A stretch of 64,000 bases of DNA, from assembly GCA_963710615.1 (NCBI GenBank), contig CAVQBF010000002.1, forward strand, positions 180,221 to 244,220, written 5' to 3'. Position 1 is the first letter of the stretch. Each line of letters begins with the position of its first letter. The translations under genes were made by a program, and so were the position numbers. The notes under the pieces were generated by a model. The model saw nothing but the letters and a program-made list of their open reading frames with translations. It was not told the origin of the DNA and did not search any database. Shown here one piece after another: positions 31,597-40,906 of this stretch. This DNA is from an uncultured Ignavibacteriales bacterium. GTDB lineage: Bacteria; Bacteroidota; Ignavibacteria; Ignavibacteriales; Melioribacteraceae.

Positions 31597-32059
31597 CTTC
31601 TTCAGATATAAATTTTTTGTTTGCTTCTTTATAGAAAAAGTTTTCACTTACCATCAAATCCTGAAGTGAAAGACTATTCATCACTTTGTCAATGGATGTT
31701 TGAAGGATTTTCCAAAATGATCTAATTGAACAATCTGGAGTATTACTGCAGATACTCAAATCGGGTGAGTGATTCTCACAATAAGTTGATTCAAAAAATT
31801 TGTTACCTAAAACATTCATTACATTACCAATGTTAATTTCGTCGGGTTTTCTTGTCAAAGTATATCCGCCGGTTCTTCCTCTTTCACTTTCAAGAAATCC
31901 ACCGAGTCGCAACACGCGCAAGATTTTTGCAACATTATGTTCAGTAATATTTTCTTTTTTACTGATCTCAGGTATGGTTAGACCTATGCCTGATTTATGG
32001 GCATAGCCTAACCTTACCAATAATCTTAATCCATATTCTTCTTGCGATGTAAATTTCAT
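31589..32059 (-). CDS. Rrf2-family transcriptional regulator with a Cys cluster (IscR/SufR-like role inferred)
   Basis: 156-aa ORF with an N-terminal wHTH (YGLRLLVRLG ... NVAKILRVLRLGGFLESERGRTGGY) and Cys residues in YCENHSPDLSICSNTPDCS. Last gene of the suf operon. Confidence 0.85.
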   Translation of the reverse strand: MKFTSQEEYGLRLLVRLGYAHKSGIGLTIPEISKKENITEHNVAKILRVLRLGGFLESERGRTGGYTLTRKPDEINIGNVMNVLGNKFFESTYCENHSPDLSICSNTPDCSIRSFWKILQTSIDKVMNSLSLQDLMVSENFFYKEANKKFISEEVN

Positions 32060-32085
32060 CTTAGATTAAATCTTATAAGTTAAAT

Positions 32086-32622
32086 TCAATTATCATTCAA
32101 TGGAATCTTAGAGCCACACATTTTTGCGTGCACTAATTTATCATATTTCTCTTTTGAAATAGATGGACCTTCATTATTACAGTGTTCACTAAACACTTGT
32201 TGAAGAATATCAGCAATTTGTTCCGGTGTTCTTCCTTCAATATGATGACGAGGAAGCATAAATAGTACTTCACCATTTTTAATCAAAGAAGCAGATGGAG
32301 AAGAGGGGGGAATATCCTTAAGGTATTTTGTTCTTACAACATCAACAGCAGCTTTATCTTGTCCTGCAAAAACAGTAACAATATTATCAGGGATGACCTT
32401 ACCCTGCAGAGCCATTGAAACTCCCGGTCTTGCGCTTCCTGCTGCGCAACCGCAAACAGAATTGATAAAGACAAAAGTTGTTTCATCATTTTGTTGAGAT
32501 AATACTTTATCAACTTCTTCGCCGGTGGTTAATTCTTTAAAACCAACGTAAACTAATTCATCTCGCATTGGCTGAACTGAATGCGGATCGTACATTGGGG
32601 CTTGTGTATTTATATTAAACAT
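32086..32622 (-). CDS. bacilliredoxin (BrxA/BrxB, DUF1094 family) with a C-terminal extension
   Basis: 178-aa ORF. INSVCGCAAGSARPG contains the CGC redox motif, and VTVFAGQDKAA and PSSPS match YphP/YqiW-type proteins. About 30 extra C-terminal residues include another Cys. Confidence 0.85.
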   Translation of the reverse strand: MFNINTQAPMYDPHSVQPMRDELVYVGFKELTTGEEVDKVLSQQNDETTFVFINSVCGCAAGSARPGVSMALQGKVIPDNIVTVFAGQDKAAVDVVRTKYLKDIPPSSPSASLIKNGEVLFMLPRHHIEGRTPEQIADILQQVFSEHCNNEGPSISKEKYDKLVHAKMCGSKIPLNDN

Positions 32623-32640
32623 TTATTGCCTTCCTTTATT

Positions 32641-32955
32641 TTATAAAAATCCAAGACTTAGTTTGGCTTCATCACTCATCATATCTTTATTCCATGGAGG
32701 TTCCCAAACTAATTCCACGTTTACTTCATTAATTTCTTCTAGACTTTTTATTTTTTCTCTTACCTCGCCGGGTAAGCTTTCAGCAACCGGGCAAGCCGGA
32801 GAAGTTAGAGTCATTGTAATTTTTACATCTGCATTATCCTCAACTTTAATATTGTATATCATACCTAGTTCATAAATATTTACAGGTATTTCAGGATCAT
32901 AAACCGTTTCAAGTGCAGAAATAATTTTTTGTTCTAAATAACCTTTGTCAGCCAT
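32641..32955 (-). CDS. sufT: DUF59 / SufT-like Fe-S assembly protein
   Basis: 104-aa ORF with DPEIPVNIYELG and TLTSPACP motifs. Confidence 0.85.
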   Translation of the reverse strand: MADKGYLEQKIISALETVYDPEIPVNIYELGMIYNIKVEDNADVKITMTLTSPACPVAESLPGEVREKIKSLEEINEVNVELVWEPPWNKDMMSDEAKLSLGFL

Positions 32956-32964
32956 TAATAATCC

Positions 32965-34239
32965 TTATGTGAACATTTTCTTAACTTTTAAGAGTGCTTT
33001 GTATAATAAATCAACTTCTTCAATTTTGTTGTACATGCAGAAAGATGCTCTGGCAGTTGCAGATAAATTAAATCTTTTTATCAATGGCATTGTACAGTGA
33101 TGTCCGGTTCTTATCGCAATTCCATCTGTATCAATAATTGTCCCAATATCATAAGGATGTATTCCGTCAATTATAAAAGAAACGACAGATGCTTTTTTGT
33201 CGGATGTTCCAATAATTCTTAATCCTTCAATTTCAAAAAGTTTCTCGGTGGCATAACTTAGCAGATCATCTTCATGCTTAGCTATTTCGTGAATATCGAA
33301 TGAAGTTAAATAATCCAATGCGGCTCCTAATGCAATACCGCCAACAATATTTGGTGTACCTGCTTCAAACTTTTGCGGAAGATCTTCAAAAGTTGTTCCT
33401 TCGAAACTCACTTCTCTTATCATATCTCCGCCGCCTTGGAAAGGTGGCATTTTATCTAAATATTCTGTCTTTCCATAGAGAACTCCAATACCAGTCGGAC
33501 CAAAAACTTTATGCCCTGAAAACACATAAAAATCACAATCTAAATCTTGTACATCAACCTTTATGTGAGGAACAGCTTGAGCGCCGTCGAGCAGAACAGG
33601 AATGTCATACTCATGAGCTTTTTTAACAATTTCTTTCACCGGATTGATAGTCCCAAGTGCGTTTGAAATGTGAACAATTGAAACAAGTTTTGTTTTTTCA
33701 GAAATTAGTTTTTCATACTCTTCAAAAATAAACTCGCCTTTATCATTTACAGGAACAACTTTTAGTGTAAGCTTTTTCCTATCGCACAGCAATTGCCAAG
33801 GTACAATATTAGAGTGATGTTCCATATGAGAAATAATTATTTCATCCCCATCTTTAAAGTAGCCCATACGGCAAAGTGAATTTGCAACAAGATTAATTCC
33901 TTCTGTCGCCCCCCTTACAAAAATAATTTCTGAAACACTCATAGCGTTAAGAAATTCTTTTACTTTTAATCGGGCACCCTCATAGGCTTCTGTCGCAAGT
34001 TCACTTAAGAAGTGTAAACCCCTATGAATATTAGCATTACCAAATTTGTAGTAATTTGTTATAGAATCAATAACACTTTCAGGTTTCTGAGAAGTAGCGG
34101 CATTATCGAGGTATACTAGTGGCTTATCATTTACCATTCTTTTAAGAATAGGAAAATCTTTTCTTACTTCATCGACATCAAAGTTTCTATAACTTTTTTT
34201 ATGCCTGACTGGAGTCGTAACTTCTGCATCAAAATTCAT
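32965..34239 (-). CDS. sufS: cysteine desulfurase, SufS type
   Basis: 424-aa ORF with PLP-lysine context SGHKVFGPTGIG and active-site loop RTGHHCTMP. Confidence 0.93.
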   Translation of the reverse strand: MNFDAEVTTPVRHKKSYRNFDVDEVRKDFPILKRMVNDKPLVYLDNAATSQKPESVIDSITNYYKFGNANIHRGLHFLSELATEAYEGARLKVKEFLNAMSVSEIIFVRGATEGINLVANSLCRMGYFKDGDEIIISHMEHHSNIVPWQLLCDRKKLTLKVVPVNDKGEFIFEEYEKLISEKTKLVSIVHISNALGTINPVKEIVKKAHEYDIPVLLDGAQAVPHIKVDVQDLDCDFYVFSGHKVFGPTGIGVLYGKTEYLDKMPPFQGGGDMIREVSFEGTTFEDLPQKFEAGTPNIVGGIALGAALDYLTSFDIHEIAKHEDDLLSYATEKLFEIEGLRIIGTSDKKASVVSFIIDGIHPYDIGTIIDTDGIAIRTGHHCTMPLIKRFNLSATARASFCMYNKIEEVDLLYKALLKVKKMFT

Positions 34240-35570
34240 TAAAATTCTTCTCTATGCAAATGTTCAAAAATTGAATGATTTATTTTTTCTTGGAGCTGAT
34301 TTATTTTTATTTCACTAACTACATCATCAACAAATGCTCTGATCAACATTGATCTTGCTGATTCTTCTGGAACTCCTCTTGAGCGGATATAGAAAAATGC
34401 TTGTTCATCTAATTTGCCGACTGTTGCACCATGTGAACATTTTACATCATCAGCATAAATTTCTAATTGAGGTTTTGTATCAACACTAGCTTCATCAGAA
34501 AGCAATACTGATTTATTTGATTGAAAAGCATTTGTTTTTTGTGCAATCTTATCTACTAATATTTTACCTGAGAAAACACCGGTTGACTTGCCGTCCAGAA
34601 TTCCTTTATACAATTCATTACTCATACAATTAGGTTGCGCATGATTGATAAAAGTATGATGGTCAATATGCTGATCATCATTGCCTAGATATAGTCCGTA
34701 CAAATGCGTTTCAATATTTTCTCCGTTCAAAATTGTATTATAATCATTTCGTGCTATTGAAGCGCCGAACGATATAGAGAAATGATTAAATACACTTGAC
34801 TCTTTCTGCTCAATATCTGTTTTGTCAATATGGTAAGCAGATTTAGATTCATCTTGAATTTTATAGAATGTTACATTTGCACTTTTATCTACTGAGATAT
34901 CTGTAATTATATTAGTAAAGTAATCTAAATTTTTATCACCGATATGTTCACTAATAATTTTAACTTCTGAGTTTTCCTCAACAACAACTAAATTCCTTGG
35001 CTGTATAAGAGGTTTATTTGAATCAGAAGAGGCAATATTTAAAACATGGATTGGCTTTTCAATCACCATATTTTTTGGGATAAAAATTACAAATCCATCA
35101 TAAGTAAATGTCATATTAAGATGATTGAAAATATTAGAAGTAGTTCCTTTTTTATTCAAATGCTTTTTTAAGAAGTCAGAATTACTTATTGACTGATTAT
35201 AAAAACTATCAATTATAACTCCATTTTGTGTAACGCCTATATTCGAAAGTTCTTTGTTGAACTTTCCATTAATAAAAACAAGCAGGTGAACATCAAGATT
35301 TGGAATTATATAATTCTCAATCGTTGTTAATTTTAACTTTTCATCCTTGAAAAGAGGTGAAGGGATATATTCACTTTTAAGTATTGGGGAGATATTAGTA
35401 TATTTCCATTCCTCATCCTTCTTTGTCGGAAAAGGGAGAGAATCAAACTCAACCGATGCACCTTTTCTTAAAGCATCAAACGAATCGTCACTAACTAATT
35501 TTTCAAATTCTTTAAAGTTATCCAAATACCACTTTTTTATTTCATTATTTTGATTCATATTATTCTCCAA
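34239..35570 (-). CDS. sufD: Fe-S cluster assembly protein SufD
   Basis: 443-aa ORF with SufB/D-family C-terminal beta-helix similarity. Operon position matches sufD. Confidence 0.9.
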   Translation of the reverse strand: MENNMNQNNEIKKWYLDNFKEFEKLVSDDSFDALRKGASVEFDSLPFPTKKDEEWKYTNISPILKSEYIPSPLFKDEKLKLTTIENYIIPNLDVHLLVFINGKFNKELSNIGVTQNGVIIDSFYNQSISNSDFLKKHLNKKGTTSNIFNHLNMTFTYDGFVIFIPKNMVIEKPIHVLNIASSDSNKPLIQPRNLVVVEENSEVKIISEHIGDKNLDYFTNIITDISVDKSANVTFYKIQDESKSAYHIDKTDIEQKESSVFNHFSISFGASIARNDYNTILNGENIETHLYGLYLGNDDQHIDHHTFINHAQPNCMSNELYKGILDGKSTGVFSGKILVDKIAQKTNAFQSNKSVLLSDEASVDTKPQLEIYADDVKCSHGATVGKLDEQAFFYIRSRGVPEESARSMLIRAFVDDVVSEIKINQLQEKINHSIFEHLHREEF

Positions 35571-35576
35571 TCCCTC

Positions 35577-36335
35577 TTAAACTTCAACAGTTTGTTCTTT
35601 AGTAATCCAGTCGTATCCCTTAGCTTCTAGCTCTAAAGCCAAATTCTTGTCACCAGACTTAACAATCTTACCTTTGTACAACACATGAACAAAATCCGGA
35701 ACAATGTAATCAAGAAGTCTCTGGTAGTGAGTTACCAAAATTACAGCATTATCTTTATTCTTAAATTTGTTAACACCATGAGCAACTATTTTTAAAGCAT
35801 CAATATCGAGTCCGGAATCAGTTTCATCCAAAACTGCTAATTTCGGATTAAGAGTAAGCAGCTGTAGAATCTCATTTCTCTTTTTCTCGCCACCAGAAAA
35901 TCCTTCATTAACTGAACGGCTAATCAACGAACTATCCATTCCTAAAACTTCTGCCTTTTCTCTTATAAGAGCTAAAAAGTCCTTTGGAGAAATTTCATCT
36001 TCTCCTTTATGTTTTCTTATTTCATTTAATGCAGTTTTAAGAAATACAGAATTGCTAACACCTGGTATTTCAATTGGATACTGAAAAGCCAAGAACAATC
36101 CTTCTCTAGCTCTCTCATCCGGGTCCATATCAATAATGTCCTTGCCTTCAAAAATTATTTCTCCATCTGTTACTTCAAAAGCTTCGTGACCTGCAAGAAC
36201 ATTAGCTAATGTACTTTTGCCTGATCCGTTTGGTCCCATTATTGCATGGATTTCACCTGAATTAACTTCTAAATTAATTCCTTTAAGTATTTCGTTTCCT
36301 TCAACATTTGCGTGAAGATTTTTAATTTTGATCAT
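35577..36335 (-). CDS. sufC: Fe-S cluster assembly ATPase SufC
   Basis: 252-aa ORF with Walker [13 protein letters not shown] signature FSGGEKKR and Walker B LAVLDE. Confidence 0.95.
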   Translation of the reverse strand: MIKIKNLHANVEGNEILKGINLEVNSGEIHAIMGPNGSGKSTLANVLAGHEAFEVTDGEIIFEGKDIIDMDPDERAREGLFLAFQYPIEIPGVSNSVFLKTALNEIRKHKGEDEISPKDFLALIREKAEVLGMDSSLISRSVNEGFSGGEKKRNEILQLLTLNPKLAVLDETDSGLDIDALKIVAHGVNKFKNKDNAVILVTHYQRLLDYIVPDFVHVLYKGKIVKSGDKNLALELEAKGYDWITKEQTVEV

Positions 36336-36451
36336 TTAATTTACCTTTTACTTTATTTTTCAATTTCATTCTTAAGATTCCCTTATCAAACTTTCGGGAA
36401 TGATTAATTCATTTATAATTGCTAACAGCCAATTCTTTACGTACTAAATAA

Positions 36452-37909
36452 TTATCCAACACTTCCCTCTAAACTGATCGCTAAAAGTTTTTGTGCTTCA
36501 ACTGCAAACTCCATTGGTAATTCATTAAATACTTCTTTACAGAATCCATTTACAATCATATTTACAGCATCTTCAGTAGAAATTCCTCTTTGATTCAAAT
36601 AAAATATTTGATCCTCTCCAACTTTTGATGTCGTAGCTTCATGCTCAACCTGTGCTGATTTATTATTGATTTCTAAATAGGGAAAAGTATGAGCACCGCA
36701 TTCATTACCCATTAACATTGAATCGCATTGTGAAAAGTTTCTTGCATTTTCTGCGTTTTTACCAACTTTTACTAAACCCCTGTATGAGTTATCACTTTTA
36801 CCAGCTGAAATCCCTTTTGAAATTATTGTACTTTTAGTGTTTTTGCCGAGATGAATCATTTTAGTTCCGGTATCAGCCTGCTGAAAATTATTAGTTACAG
36901 CAACTGAATAAAATTCACCAACGGAATTATCACCCTGCAAAATACAGCTTGGATATTTCCATGTAATAGACGAACCGGTTTCAACCTGTGACCAAGATAT
37001 TTTTGAATTATTTCCTTTACAAATTCCACGTTTTGTAACAAAATTATAAATCCCACCTTTACCTTGCTTATCTCCGGGCCACCAATTTTGTACTGTTGAA
37101 TATTTTACTTCTGCATTTTCTAAAGCAACTATTTCAACAATTGCAGCATGAAGCTGGTTTGTATCTCTCATTGGGGCAGTGCAACCCTCCAAGTAACTTA
37201 CATAACTGTCATCGTCTGCAATGATTAAAGTTCTTTCAAACTGTCCGGTATCCATTGCGTTAATTCTAAAGTATGTTGAGAGTTCCATTGGGCATCGTAC
37301 ACCTTTAGGTATGTAAACAAAGGATCCATCACTGAATACAGCCGAATTAAGTGTTGCAAAATAGTTATCAGTCTGCGGAACAACCGATCCCAGATACTTT
37401 TTAACTAAGTCGGGATGCTCTCTTATTGCTTCAGAAATTGAGCAAAAAATAATTCCTTTTTCAGCAAGTGTTTCTTTAAAAGTTGTGGTGACAGAGACAG
37501 AATCAAAAACTGCATCGACTGCAACTCCTGCTAATCTTTTCTGTTCTTCCAGAGGGATTCCCAATTTTTCAAATGTAGATAATAATTCCGGATCAACTTC
37601 ATCTAAACTTTCCAGTTCCGGCTTCTTTTTTGGTGCAGCATAATATTTGAGATTTTGATAATCAATTTTATCATATTTAGCTTTTGCCCAATGAGGTTCT
37701 TCCATTGTTAACCAGTGTCTATATGCTTTTAATCTCCATTCAGTCATCCACTCAGGTTCTTGTTTCTTTGCAGAAATCATTCTAATTATGTCTTCATTTA
37801 GCCCTTTGGGAAACTCATCTTGCTCTATATCTGTAACAAATCCCCATTTATATTCAGACTTAGTATGTTCATCAATTATCTGTAAGTCTTCTCGAGTTTC
37901 TTCACTCAT
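36452..37909 (-). CDS. sufB: Fe-S cluster assembly scaffold SufB
   Basis: 485-aa ORF with full-length SufB similarity. AAGGAG RBS. Confidence 0.95.
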   Translation of the reverse strand: MSEETREDLQIIDEHTKSEYKWGFVTDIEQDEFPKGLNEDIIRMISAKKQEPEWMTEWRLKAYRHWLTMEEPHWAKAKYDKIDYQNLKYYAAPKKKPELESLDEVDPELLSTFEKLGIPLEEQKRLAGVAVDAVFDSVSVTTTFKETLAEKGIIFCSISEAIREHPDLVKKYLGSVVPQTDNYFATLNSAVFSDGSFVYIPKGVRCPMELSTYFRINAMDTGQFERTLIIADDDSYVSYLEGCTAPMRDTNQLHAAIVEIVALENAEVKYSTVQNWWPGDKQGKGGIYNFVTKRGICKGNNSKISWSQVETGSSITWKYPSCILQGDNSVGEFYSVAVTNNFQQADTGTKMIHLGKNTKSTIISKGISAGKSDNSYRGLVKVGKNAENARNFSQCDSMLMGNECGAHTFPYLEINNKSAQVEHEATTSKVGEDQIFYLNQRGISTEDAVNMIVNGFCKEVFNELPMEFAVEAQKLLAISLEGSVG

Positions 37910-37943
37910 TACAACTCCTTTTTAATTTTACTATGAAACGTAA

Positions 37944-37971
37944 TTAATCTTGACAAAAAAGTCAAGATTAA
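37944..37971. promoter_or_regulatory. perfect 28-bp palindrome (11-bp arms, A6/T6 spacer) upstream of sufB; candidate operator
   Basis: TTAATCTTGAC aaaaaa GTCAAGATTAA lies 35-62 nt upstream of the sufB ATG. It overlaps a possible TTGTCA-N17-TAGTAA promoter on the minus strand. Confidence 0.5.
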
Positions 37972-38087
37972 AGAAATTGAACATTCCGATTTTTTATTTT
38001 CTGCTTTTTTGGATGGTAAACCGATAAGTTATTCAGGTTGGGAAAATATTATTCAAAAAACTATTTAATCATTTTTGAACTAAATTT

Positions 38088-38816
38088 TTAACTATTTCTC
38101 TGTCTTAAAACCTCAAAAAGTAAAATACCTGAAGCAACCGAAACATTTAAACTTTGAATTTTTCCTTTCATCGGGATTTCAGCTAAAAAATCGCATTTTT
38201 CTGAAACAAGATGCCGTATTCCTTTTTCTTCATTTCCCATAACTATTGCAATAGGCTGCTTATAATCGATTGAAGTATAATTTTGAGATTTCCCTAATTT
38301 TGACCCAACAATCCAATACCCACTCTGTTTTAGAATATCAATTGTATTTACAAGATTATTAACTTGAGCAATTTTAACGTGACTTGTGGCTCCGGCGGAA
38401 GTTTTTTCGACGGTATTATTCACGGAAGCCGAATTTTTTATTGTAGTAATTATTCCATCGACTCCGGCACATTCTGCAGTTCTAATAATAGCGCCAAGAT
38501 TATGAGTATCTTGTATTGAATCCAATAATAGCAAGAGAGGGAATTTTGTTTTTTCGGCTGCTATCAAAATATCGTCTAGACCGGAATAGTTAAATGAACT
38601 TTTTAGAGCAATTATCCCTTGGGTATTCTGGTCATCTGCATACTGATTGAATTTTTGTGGCGAAAGTTGAGTTACTTTAATATTGCTCTGTTTAGCAAGC
38701 TTTTTGATTTGATCAATTATTGATCCATGTAATCCATACTGGATATAAATTTGGTCAATTTTTGACTTTGACTTTAAGGCTTCAAAAACCGGCTTTCTTC
38801 CAAATATTTTTTGCAT
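38088..38816 (-). CDS. SpoU/TrmH-family RNA 2'-O-methyltransferase (RlmB-like)
   Basis: The track ORF starts at 38855, but the internal ATG at 38816 (MQKIFGRKPVFEAL) fits the family N-terminus better. C-terminal SPOUT motifs GNEEKGI and IPMKGKIQSLNVSVA. Confidence 0.85.
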   Translation of the reverse strand: MQKIFGRKPVFEALKSKSKIDQIYIQYGLHGSIIDQIKKLAKQSNIKVTQLSPQKFNQYADDQNTQGIIALKSSFNYSGLDDILIAAEKTKFPLLLLLDSIQDTHNLGAIIRTAECAGVDGIITTIKNSASVNNTVEKTSAGATSHVKIAQVNNLVNTIDILKQSGYWIVGSKLGKSQNYTSIDYKQPIAIVMGNEEKGIRHLVSEKCDFLAEIPMKGKIQSLNVSVASGILLFEVLRQRNS

Positions 38817-38930
38817 AATTTTATTTTGCAAACTTTTACAAATCAATTCCCACAAATCTGCCTACTGAAGAAATAGTGAGAATCCCGAAAACTAATATAG
38901 TTTCCAATTAAAGATTGAGAAATGACTAAT

Positions 38931-40190
38931 TTATGACTTAATTTCAGAAATAATTTTATCTATTTGACCTAGCGCAAATAATTTCTGATCTCCGGTTTCC
39001 ATATTCTTTAATTGGACTTTACTGTTTTCATATTCTTCACCACCGATAAATAAGACAAATCTTGAATTATATTTATTGGCTTCACGCATTTGAGCTTTAA
39101 CACTTCTTGATAAATAATCAAATTCAACTTTTATATTTTCATTACGCAAGATTGATGCAAATTCAAAGACATTAGCTTCTAGATCATTGTTTAGCCTGAC
39201 TAAATAAATATCAATTGGTTCTTCTTCAATTTTAAAGGCTTCTTCAGATTTACATGCCATTAAAATTCTTTCCATTCCTGCAGCAAATCCAACTGCAGGT
39301 GTAGATGGTCCTTCAAGTTGTTCAACTAATAAATTATATCTGCCACCTCCGCATAATGCACTCTGTGAACCAACTTTTGAACTGATTATTTCAAATGTGG
39401 TGTGAGTATAATAATCCAAACCTCGAACTAGTTTTGGTTCAATATCAAAAGGTATTTTAGCAATATTTAAAAGTTCTTTCACTTTTTCAAAGTGCTCAAG
39501 ACTTTCCTCACCAAGAAAATCAAGTATGGATGGAGCATCGATTAACAAAGTCTGATCATCTCTATTTTTACTATCTAAAATTCTAAGAACATTTGACTCC
39601 AATCTATTTTTACTATCTTCCGAGAGTTTATCTTTTTTACCTTTCAAAAATTCTTTTAATGCAGAAGTAAAATTTAATCTTTCCTCAGGTATTCCAAGTG
39701 AATTAATTTTAACTGTAATTTCTTTTAAACCTAATTTGGTAAGTATTGAAAAAGCAACCTGAATTACCTCAGCATCAAGTGCTGGGTTATGACTGCCTAT
39801 TGCCTCAATTCCAAATTGATGAAATTGTCTTAGTCTGCCTGCTTGGGGCCTTTCCTGGCGGAACATTGGGGAGATATAAAATAATTTATTCAATCCCGAC
39901 TGTTTGCCTAATGAATGCTCAATAAATGCTCTGACGACTGATGCAGTCATCTCAGGTTTCAAAGTTAAACTATTTTCACTTCTATCGGTGAACGTATACA
40001 TCTCTTTACTCACAATATCAGTACTTTCACCAATACCTCTTGCAAATAACGCAGTATGTTCAAAGATTGGTGTACGGATTTCTTTATAATTGAAAAGCCG
40101 CATTTCAGTTTTAACGATATCAGATAAAAAATTCCAGTTTAAAACTTCATCAGGTAAAATATCGTTTGTGCCTTTTATTGCTTTTAACAT
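38931..40190 (-). CDS. hisS: histidine--tRNA ligase
   Basis: 419-aa ORF with class II motifs including FRQERPQAGRLRQFHQFG and GGGRY. Confidence 0.95.
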   Translation of the reverse strand: MLKAIKGTNDILPDEVLNWNFLSDIVKTEMRLFNYKEIRTPIFEHTALFARGIGESTDIVSKEMYTFTDRSENSLTLKPEMTASVVRAFIEHSLGKQSGLNKLFYISPMFRQERPQAGRLRQFHQFGIEAIGSHNPALDAEVIQVAFSILTKLGLKEITVKINSLGIPEERLNFTSALKEFLKGKKDKLSEDSKNRLESNVLRILDSKNRDDQTLLIDAPSILDFLGEESLEHFEKVKELLNIAKIPFDIEPKLVRGLDYYTHTTFEIISSKVGSQSALCGGGRYNLLVEQLEGPSTPAVGFAAGMERILMACKSEEAFKIEEEPIDIYLVRLNNDLEANVFEFASILRNENIKVEFDYLSRSVKAQMREANKYNSRFVLFIGGEEYENSKVQLKNMETGDQKLFALGQIDKIISEIKS

Positions 40191-40262
40191 ATTTCTTACT
40201 TTTATAGAAAATTAAAATTTTGGAAATGTTTTTTTTATTTAGGTCTCTTGCTCTATAAAACT

Positions 40263-40727
40263 TTATACAATTGTTTCTTCATACTCTTTGAAAATCGTAT
40301 AAATTTCACTCGAAGTCTTTGCCTCGCGTAATTTGTTTCGTACTTCTTCTTTATTCATTAGAAGTGAGATTCTACTTAAAAGTTTTATGTGAGGTGCTAC
40401 TAAATTATCTTTACCAATTAAGAGAAAAAATAAGCTAACTGGTTCACCATCAAGGGCTTCAAAATCAATTGGTTCTTTTGTTTTTCCAAATGCAGCAAGT
40501 ATTTCAGTTACTTTATTTGTCTTACAATGGGGTATTCCAAATCCATGGCCTACACCAGTTGACATAATTTTTTCTCGTTCCATAACTGAATTTTTTACTT
40601 GAGTCAAATCTAATACTCTTTCATCGTCTTTGAATATATCTATAAGTTCATTAATGGTATCTACTTTAGATACTGATTTTAGTTCAGGAATAATATTGTC
40701 TTCGGTCAAAACATCACAAATTTTCAT
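40263..40727 (-). CDS. ptsN: PTS EIIA-Ntr-type (fructose/mannitol family IIA) regulatory protein
   Basis: 154-aa ORF with the phosphorylatable-His context GVGHGFGIPHCK. Confidence 0.8.
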   Translation of the reverse strand: MKICDVLTEDNIIPELKSVSKVDTINELIDIFKDDERVLDLTQVKNSVMEREKIMSTGVGHGFGIPHCKTNKVTEILAAFGKTKEPIDFEALDGEPVSLFFLLIGKDNLVAPHIKLLSRISLLMNKEEVRNKLREAKTSSEIYTIFKEYEETIV

Positions 40728-40906
40728 AGTTTCCTTTTAACGTTACAAGTTTGAATAAATTTCAATCTTAAAGTTAACAAAGGTAAAAAGTAATTACAAT
40801 AACGTATATCATATAATATAAGATTTTTAGCTCCGTTTTTGCTTGCACAGCTTTATTCAATAAATTAACTTTTAGCATAAGAAAAATAAAAGTTAAAGAG
40901 GAATTT

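Noticed and set aside
33300-33626. 108-aa plus-strand ORF.
   Set aside because: It is antisense inside sufS.
36336-36451. 116-nt gap between sufB and sufC with a small hairpin (ATTCCC...GGGAAT).
   Set aside because: The stem is only 6 bp with no T-tract, and there is no evidence for a separate element. It is most likely an intra-operon spacer.
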